Below are positions 58,529 to 64,000 of a stretch of 64,000 nucleotides of DNA, piece by piece (position 1 is the first letter of the stretch; each line of letters opens with the position of its first letter). Below the pieces are notes generated by a model. It was given only the letters and a program-made list of their open reading frames with translations. It made no database searches and was not told the origin of the DNA. Origin of the DNA: Candidatus Woesearchaeota archaeon (GTDB taxonomy: Archaea; Nanobdellota; Nanobdellia; Woesearchaeales; GW2011-AR15); the NCBI GenBank assembly GCA_038874655.1, contig JAVZBY010000004.1, forward strand, positions 11,116 through 75,115. Direction: 5' to 3'. The position numbers and the translations under genes were made by a program.

Positions 58529-59833
58529 TCAAATTATCAACTTACAGACTCTGTTTTCATCTAATGATTTAAATTTTCTAAATTCATCTAAAAAATATAA
58601 AGCTAAACTACGCAGTTTAAGAATATCTAAAAGCAAATTAGTATGTTTCTCTTTTAATAATTTGTTAATATCTAATATTAAAAACTTAGGTGATGAGTCT
58701 TTATAGCGATTTATTCGATATTCTATATAGTTTTTTAATTCTGATTCATCAATTCCTTCATCATTAGGAATTTCTAAAAGATTCAATATTTCCTCAAGAT
58801 TTTTAATTCCAATACCACATAACTTCCCATATAAAGAACTCAACTCTACTGTATCCATGCCTAACCATTTTTCTTTTACTTTTTCAGAACTTTTAGAAAG
58901 AACGATTTTCATTCTCCTATTAAAACGAAATAAAAAATAGTCAATAGTTTGAATTATTAATAAAAGTTTAAACGCATCCTTACATATATTAAATCTAGCT
59001 TTTTTTATTTCTTCAGCAGTCCCATATTTTGGTTTTGAATTTGTATTATCCCATTTATCATATCCCTTGATTAAAATTAGATAATACCCTGAAAAATCAT
59101 TTATATTTAACTTCTTTGATGCAGAACATAACATCCTTATAATATACTTATTATAACCCACATAGCCTCTATGTGTTAAAGCGTTTAAATAAAATCTTAA
59201 GATTTCTTTCTTCTTTTCTTCCATAATACCTAAATTTTTAATATAGGTATCTATAAATTCTATTAATAATTTATCATAAACTTTTTTTCTTTCACTTCTC
59301 TTTGGATTTAAATCCGAGTCTGTCAATCCCACGAGATCAATTTCTTCTTTAGTTAATTCTTTCCCTTTATAATATTTAATTAAAATTTTATGTTGCGGGG
59401 AGTCTTCAATAGTATCATGACTTAATGCTGCTAAGATTACTAAAAAGTCAGTTGTTCCTAACATTGCTGCTACAGTAATTGGATGAGAAACTACTAAAGC
59501 AGGTCCGTATTTTCTTTTTTTTGGTGAACATTCCTTAAAATCCCAAGAAATTGTAAGTGCTGCACAAGCACTTCTAGCAAGTATAATTTTTTCTAAATCA
59601 CTTAAATGTCTTATATCTATTATTGCATTTAATTGTTCAATAACCTCTTGTAAATCCTCATAACCTAAGTCACTTAAACTTTTAATAGTTCCATTAATTT
59701 GATAATTAAAATTTTTAGAATAGGGTTTAGGCCATAAATCTATATTCAAATGTGATGAAATTAGAAATTTAACTATTTCATAATTTCTCTCAACATTAAT
59801 TCCATAGTTTTGTTTTTGGGAGTAAATATTCAC
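58529..59833 (-). CDS. RelA/SpoT-type HD-domain ((p)ppGpp hydrolase-like) protein
   Basis: HPITVAAMLGTTDFLVILAALSHDTIED and KGYDKWDNTNS align with the SpoT hydrolase blocks HP..VA.IL..DTI.AALLHD.VED and KLADRLHNMRT. No synthetase domain. Confidence 0.5.
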   Translation of the reverse strand: MNIYSQKQNYGINVERNYEIVKFLISSHLNIDLWPKPYSKNFNYQINGTIKSLSDLGYEDLQEVIEQLNAIIDIRHLSDLEKIILARSACAALTISWDFKECSPKKRKYGPALVVSHPITVAAMLGTTDFLVILAALSHDTIEDSPQHKILIKYYKGKELTKEEIDLVGLTDSDLNPKRSERKKVYDKLLIEFIDTYIKNLGIMEEKKKEILRFYLNALTHRGYVGYNKYIIRMLCSASKKLNINDFSGYYLILIKGYDKWDNTNSKPKYGTAEEIKKARFNICKDAFKLLLIIQTIDYFLFRFNRRMKIVLSKSSEKVKEKWLGMDTVELSSLYGKLCGIGIKNLEEILNLLEIPNDEGIDESELKNYIEYRINRYKDSSPKFLILDINKLLKEKHTNLLLDILKLRSLALYFLDEFRKFKSLDENRVCKLII

Positions 59834-60003
59834 AAATTAGTTGTAAAAAAAAGTTATATTTATTTCTTCCTAAATTTATCATTTATAAATTTTTCTATTT
59901 AAAAAAATTTTATAATTTAGTAACTCATAATTAAGATAATTGTAAATTACAAAAAGTAGCTTATAACAAAACTTATAAACATTTTATCTTTTCATGTTAT
60001 AAA

Positions 60004-61461
60004 ATGCCTAAGAAAAAACAAGATTCAAAAGAAGATAATGATATACAAAATAAAAAAGAAATTTCCTCTCATAATTCTATAGAAAAAGATAAATTAAAAA
60101 AATCAAAAAAAATCTCAAAAAAAGAAAAAAATGATGAAAAACAGAAAGAAAACATTGCTGAGATAAAAAATGAGAATTTAGAAAAAACAAATGAACTAAC
60201 AACAGAAAAAATATCTCAAAAAAAAGAAGAAAAAGAGAATTTACAACCAGAATTAAACATAGGCTTAGTAGGTCATGTTGATCATGGAAAAACTACATTA
60301 ACAGAAAAATTAACTGGGAAATGGACAGACACACATTCTGAAGAAATAAAAAGAGGTATTACAATAAGATTAGGTTATGCTGATGCAACTTTTAGAAAAT
60401 GTAATGAATGTCCTGAGCCAGATTGTTATACAACAAAAGAAACATGTAAAAAAGGGCATAAAGCAAACTTTTTAAGAAAAGTTTCATTTGTAGATGCTCC
60501 TGGTCATGAATCATTAATGGCAACAATGTTATCTGGAGCAACCTTAATGGATGGCGCTCTTTTGTTAATTGCTGCAAATGAAGAATGTCCACAACCTCAA
60601 ACAAGAGAGCATTTAATGGCTTTAAAAATAATGGGTATTAAAAACATTGTTATTGTACAAAACAAAATTGATTTAGTAAGTGAGGAACAAGCCTTAAAAA
60701 ACTATAATCAAATAAAAGAATTTTTAAAAAATACTGAATATGAAAATGCTCCTATAATTCCTGTTTCTGCTCAGCATAATATAAATGTAGATGCCATAAT
60801 AGAAGCAATCCAAAAATATATTCCTACTCCAGAAAGAAATGAAAACTCAAATCCTATAATGTTTGTTGCAAGGTCTTTTGATATAAACAAACCTGGAACT
60901 TTACCAAAAGACATGAAAGGTGGTGTTCTAGGAGGTGCTTTACAACAGGGAATTTTGAAAGTGGGTGATGAAATAGAAATAAGACCAGGCAGAGTCTATG
61001 AAGAAGCAAATAAAAAAGTTTGGAAACCTATAAAAACAAAAATATTAAGTTTAATGACAGGAAATACTAAAGTTGATTCTGTAAAACCCGGTGGCTCAAT
61101 TGCTGTAATGACACCTTTAGATCCTAGCATTGTCAAATCTGATAGTTTAACTGGTAATATTGTTGGATTACCTGATAAATTACCTCCTGTATGGGACACA
61201 CTAAAACTAGAAGTCCATTTATTGGAAAGAGTTGTTGGTTCAAAAGAAGATTTAAAAGTAGATTCTATAAAAATGTCAGAAGTTTTAATGTTGAATGTCA
61301 ATTCTGCTGCAACAGTCGGTTTTGTAACAAAACTTAGTAAAAACATTATTGAATGTAAATTAAAACTGCCTGTTTGTGCTGAAAAAGAATCAAGAGTCAC
61401 AATTTCTAGAAGAATGGGCACAAGATTTAGGTTAATTGGTTATGGTATTATTAAAGAGTGA
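60004..61461 (+). CDS. eif2g: Translation initiation factor aIF-2 gamma, with an N-terminal K/E-rich extension of about 80 aa
   Basis: [15 protein letters not shown] and NKID GTPase motifs, plus the zinc knuckle C..C..C..C. Confidence 0.9.
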   Translation: MPKKKQDSKEDNDIQNKKEISSHNSIEKDKLKKSKKISKKEKNDEKQKENIAEIKNENLEKTNELTTEKISQKKEEKENLQPELNIGLVGHVDHGKTTLTEKLTGKWTDTHSEEIKRGITIRLGYADATFRKCNECPEPDCYTTKETCKKGHKANFLRKVSFVDAPGHESLMATMLSGATLMDGALLLIAANEECPQPQTREHLMALKIMGIKNIVIVQNKIDLVSEEQALKNYNQIKEFLKNTEYENAPIIPVSAQHNINVDAIIEAIQKYIPTPERNENSNPIMFVARSFDINKPGTLPKDMKGGVLGGALQQGILKVGDEIEIRPGRVYEEANKKVWKPIKTKILSLMTGNTKVDSVKPGGSIAVMTPLDPSIVKSDSLTGNIVGLPDKLPPVWDTLKLEVHLLERVVGSKEDLKVDSIKMSEVLMLNVNSAATVGFVTKLSKNIIECKLKLPVCAEKESRVTISRRMGTRFRLIGYGIIKE

Positions 61462-61510
61462 TTCTTCTTAAAAGAATAAAAATATAAACTACTTAATTAT
61501 TTTTCTCTTT

Positions 61511-62125
61511 ATGGATTTGTCTAATTTATCACCTGAAGAAATTATTGAACTACAAAAAAAGAATTGTATATTCTGTAAAATAATTAAAAGAGAGATTCCA
61601 AGTTATGAAATTTATAGAGATGATAAAGTAATTGTAATTTTGGATATAAACCCTGCTAATGAGGGACATTGTTTAATATTACCTATACAACATTATCAAA
61701 TATTACCACAAATTCCTGAAAATATTATTTCTCATATGGCCATTATAGCAAAAAGAACCTCTAAATTAATGTTAAAATCCTTAGGTATAAAAGGCACAAG
61801 TGTTTTTATTGCAAATGGTGCAATTGCAGGTCAAAAATCACCTCATTTTATGATCCATTTAATTCCGAGAAAACCTAATGATATGCTATTTCAGTTAAAT
61901 AAAAAAAATGTGGATATAAAAAAATTAGAAGAAATAAAAACAAAATTATTTGTAAAAATGTCTCAATTAAGTGGAAAACAAATACAAATAGAGCATAACT
62001 CTGAAGAAAATGAAAACAGTAAAGAAAGCATAAAAGATAATGACAAAGAAAGTAGTGTTCAAAAAAATAATGTGAGAAATGAAAAAATAGATATTGATAA
62101 AATTTCAAAATTATTTGGGCAATAA
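61511..62125 (+). CDS. HIT-family hydrolase with C-terminal charged extension
   Basis: Blocks EIYRDDKVIVILDINPANEGHCLILP and HFMIHLIP are of HIT type. Confidence 0.6.
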   Translation: MDLSNLSPEEIIELQKKNCIFCKIIKREIPSYEIYRDDKVIVILDINPANEGHCLILPIQHYQILPQIPENIISHMAIIAKRTSKLMLKSLGIKGTSVFIANGAIAGQKSPHFMIHLIPRKPNDMLFQLNKKNVDIKKLEEIKTKLFVKMSQLSGKQIQIEHNSEENENSKESIKDNDKESSVQKNNVRNEKIDIDKISKLFGQ

Positions 62126-62141
62126 AATAAAAAGGTGAAAA

Positions 62142-62657
62142 ATGAGCTGTGATGTTTGTAAGATTTTAGAAAATAAAAAAGAATTTCAATTAATTTATGA
62201 AGATGAGGTATGTTTTGCTATATTACATGAAAGTCCAGCTATTGAAGGTCATACTTTAGTAATTCCAAAAAAACATACCCCTATTTTAGAAGAAGCCGAT
62301 GATCAAACAATTGCTCATTTATTTAATATTGCAAATAAAATTTCTACTGCTATATTTGAAACACTTGGTTCTTTTGGAACAAACATTTTAATAAACAATG
62401 GTCTCTCTGCTGGTCAGGATTTACCACATCTTATATTAAATGTTTTACCAAGAAAAGAAAATGATAACATCAATTTAGAATGGAATGCTAAAAAAGCATC
62501 TGAAAATGAACTAAAAACAATTCAATCAATACTTAAAACTTATAGTGATTATATCTATTCTGGACAAGAAAAAAAAACAGAAGTAAAAATAAAAGAAGAA
62601 TCGAATAATGAAAAAAAAGAAGATTATTCAATAAAATCTTTAAGAAGAATGCCTTAA
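62142..62657 (+). CDS. HIT-like protein, tandem paralogue
   Basis: EGHTLVIPKKH and a variant histidine triad, LPHLILNVLP. SD AGGTGA. Confidence 0.5.
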   Translation: MSCDVCKILENKKEFQLIYEDEVCFAILHESPAIEGHTLVIPKKHTPILEEADDQTIAHLFNIANKISTAIFETLGSFGTNILINNGLSAGQDLPHLILNVLPRKENDNINLEWNAKKASENELKTIQSILKTYSDYIYSGQEKKTEVKIKEESNNEKKEDYSIKSLRRMP

Positions 62658-62688
62658 TAAAAAATTAAAAAAGTTTTAATTAATAAAA

Positions 62689-63231
62689 TTAAGGTCCTAA
62701 TATTTGTATATTATCATCCCAAGTAGTGGTATTGCAATTACTAAAGTATTTTATTTGTTCTTTTGTCCATTCTAAATTTGGCTCATCACAAGAAATTATT
62801 TGAGATCCAGCATTTCCTGGAATTTTTGGATATAATTTTATTTTCTCAATTTTTGAGTAATTATTTATTGAAGAGATATCATATTTTAGATCTACAAAAC
62901 TATTTTTGCTTACACCTGCTGTTTTTCCATCAATTGTAATGATATTATCTGCAAAAAAGACTATTCTAAAATCTGAAATATCTTGTCCTTTATTTTCTAA
63001 AGATATTGCAAAGACAGAATCATTAATACATATTCTATATTTATTACCCAAAGTTATTGGAGTTAACTCTACATCACTAGTACATCTCAAAATGCCTTGT
63101 TGTTTTGTTGTAGCATCAATACTTTCTTGATTTATACCTTGAATTAAAACCATAACAGCAGCACCAATAGAAACAACAATCATAACTAATAATACAGTAG
63201 CAATTAAAGGAGAAACACCTCTTTTATTCAT
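62689..63231 (-). CDS. Archaeal type IV pilin-like protein (class III signal peptide)
   Basis: N-terminus KRGVSPLIATVLLVMIVVSIGAAV is a prepilin-peptidase-type signal peptide with a hydrophobic helix. Confidence 0.6.
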   Translation of the reverse strand: MNKRGVSPLIATVLLVMIVVSIGAAVMVLIQGINQESIDATTKQQGILRCTSDVELTPITLGNKYRICINDSVFAISLENKGQDISDFRIVFFADNIITIDGKTAGVSKNSFVDLKYDISSINNYSKIEKIKLYPKIPGNAGSQIISCDEPNLEWTKEQIKYFSNCNTTTWDDNIQILGP

Positions 63232-63416
63232 ATTTTCACCTATTCAAATCATTTTTTTAATATTTAATTATAATAAAAGAGTATAATTTCTTATATAAAT
63301 ATTTCGAATTTAAAAAACAAATCTGAATAACTGAACACATCATTTTCTAAGATAACTAACCTATTTAAAATAGATTATCCGCAATCTTTTTAAATATTTT
63401 GACTTTCCAAAACATT

Positions 63417-63674
63417 ATGGAAGCAACAATTTTAAGTTATAGAAGAGGAAGAAAAACTCAAACAACAAATCAAGTAATATTAAAAATTGATAACATTGAT
63501 TCTAAAGAAAAAGCAGAAAAATTAATCGGCAAAGAAGTTGTTTATGAGACTGAAACAAAGAAACAAATAAAAGGAAAAATTACTTCTGTTCATGGAAGAA
63601 AAGGAAATTTAAGAGCATTATTTGAAAAAGGTTTGCCTGGACAAGCAATCACACAAAAAGTAAAAATAATTTAG
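63417..63674 (+). CDS. rpl35ae: Ribosomal protein L35Ae
   Basis: ILSYRRGRKTQ..LIGKEVVY..GKITSVHGRKGNLRALFEKGLPGQA is the eL33/L35Ae signature. ATG 63417 is preferred over the upstream TTG. Confidence 0.8.
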   Translation: MEATILSYRRGRKTQTTNQVILKIDNIDSKEKAEKLIGKEVVYETETKKQIKGKITSVHGRKGNLRALFEKGLPGQAITQKVKII

Positions 63675-63728
63675 TTATAGTTTCTCATTTTTATAAATAA
63701 TTTTTAATTAATTTATTTGGTTTTGATA

Positions 63729-64000
63729 TTATACCTTTATTAATTCTGTAGTTGAGTATTGCTTTGAAATATAAGTTTTATATTTTTCATTAGTGAGATT
63801 CATGAAAGTATTAAAAGCTAATTCATGTGTATTATTTATTTTACTTAAATGAGATAATACAACTTTCTCTAAATTTTCAGTTGCATTATTTTTAACAAAA
63901 AGTGAAGCATCAATATTAGATAAATGTCCCTTATTACTTAAAATTCTCTGTTTTAAATTATATGGATATGGTCCATTTATTAACATATCAATGTCATGAT
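63729..64000 (-). CDS. C-terminal fragment of a protein running off the window edge, possibly an MBL-fold hydrolase
   Basis: VVLSHLSKINNTHELAFNTF resembles the C-terminal block of metallo-beta-lactamase-fold proteins. The frame is open to the window end. Confidence 0.25.
   Translation of the reverse strand, partial: HDIDMLINGPYPYNLKQRILSNKGHLSNIDASLFVKNNATENLEKVVLSHLSKINNTHELAFNTFMNLTNEKYKTYISKQYSTTELIKV

Noticed and set aside
1-64000. Search for CRISPR arrays, IS elements, integrases or prophage remnants
   Set aside because: No series of regularly spaced direct repeats was seen outside coding sequence. The one tandem repeat, at 35360..35520, is coding. No transposase, integrase or cas-like ORFs were recognised.

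Overview
AT-rich archaeal window of about 70 genes, probably from a small-genome DPANN-like lineage. Shine-Dalgarno GGTGA/GGAGG sites are frequent and several good genes start with TTG or GTG. Core information-processing genes are clear: TFB, TFS, Rpo4/F, EF-1alpha, EF-2, aIF2-gamma, Cbf5, L7Ae, NDK, FtsZ, SepF, ScpA, and ribosomal proteins L11, L21e, L15e, S6e, L10e, S10, L24e, S28e and L35Ae. There is one tRNA-Val(UAC). Mixed in are bacterial-like accessory genes: LspA with at least four lipobox lipoproteins, a Ddl-family ATP-grasp ligase, a RelA/SpoT-type HD hydrolase, a YhgE/Pip-ABC pair, an overlapping MNT-HEPN pair, and RadC. The most unusual region is 32.2-40.8 kb, organised around a divergent intergenic region. 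One side encodes a 66-aa poly-Asp/Glu peptide with 12 regularly spaced Tyr residues, on a 15-bp tandem DNA repeat. Next to it sit the Ddl-like ligase and a small membrane protein. Two paralogous PP-loop ATPases with a C-x15-C-x2-C-x2-C motif flank it, followed by a C45-type Ntn hydrolase/acyltransferase and the YhgE/Pip plus degenerate ABC ATPase exporter pair. I read this as a candidate undescribed peptide-modification or envelope-polymer system. Other points worth a second look are a tandem pair of signal-peptide, multi-TM, long coiled-coil paralogs, an Mtq2-Bud32 fusion, lysine/glutamate-rich extensions on L11, aIF2-gamma, Cbf5 and S28e, and two structured intergenic regions that may hold small RNAs. 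No CRISPR array or obvious mobile element was seen.
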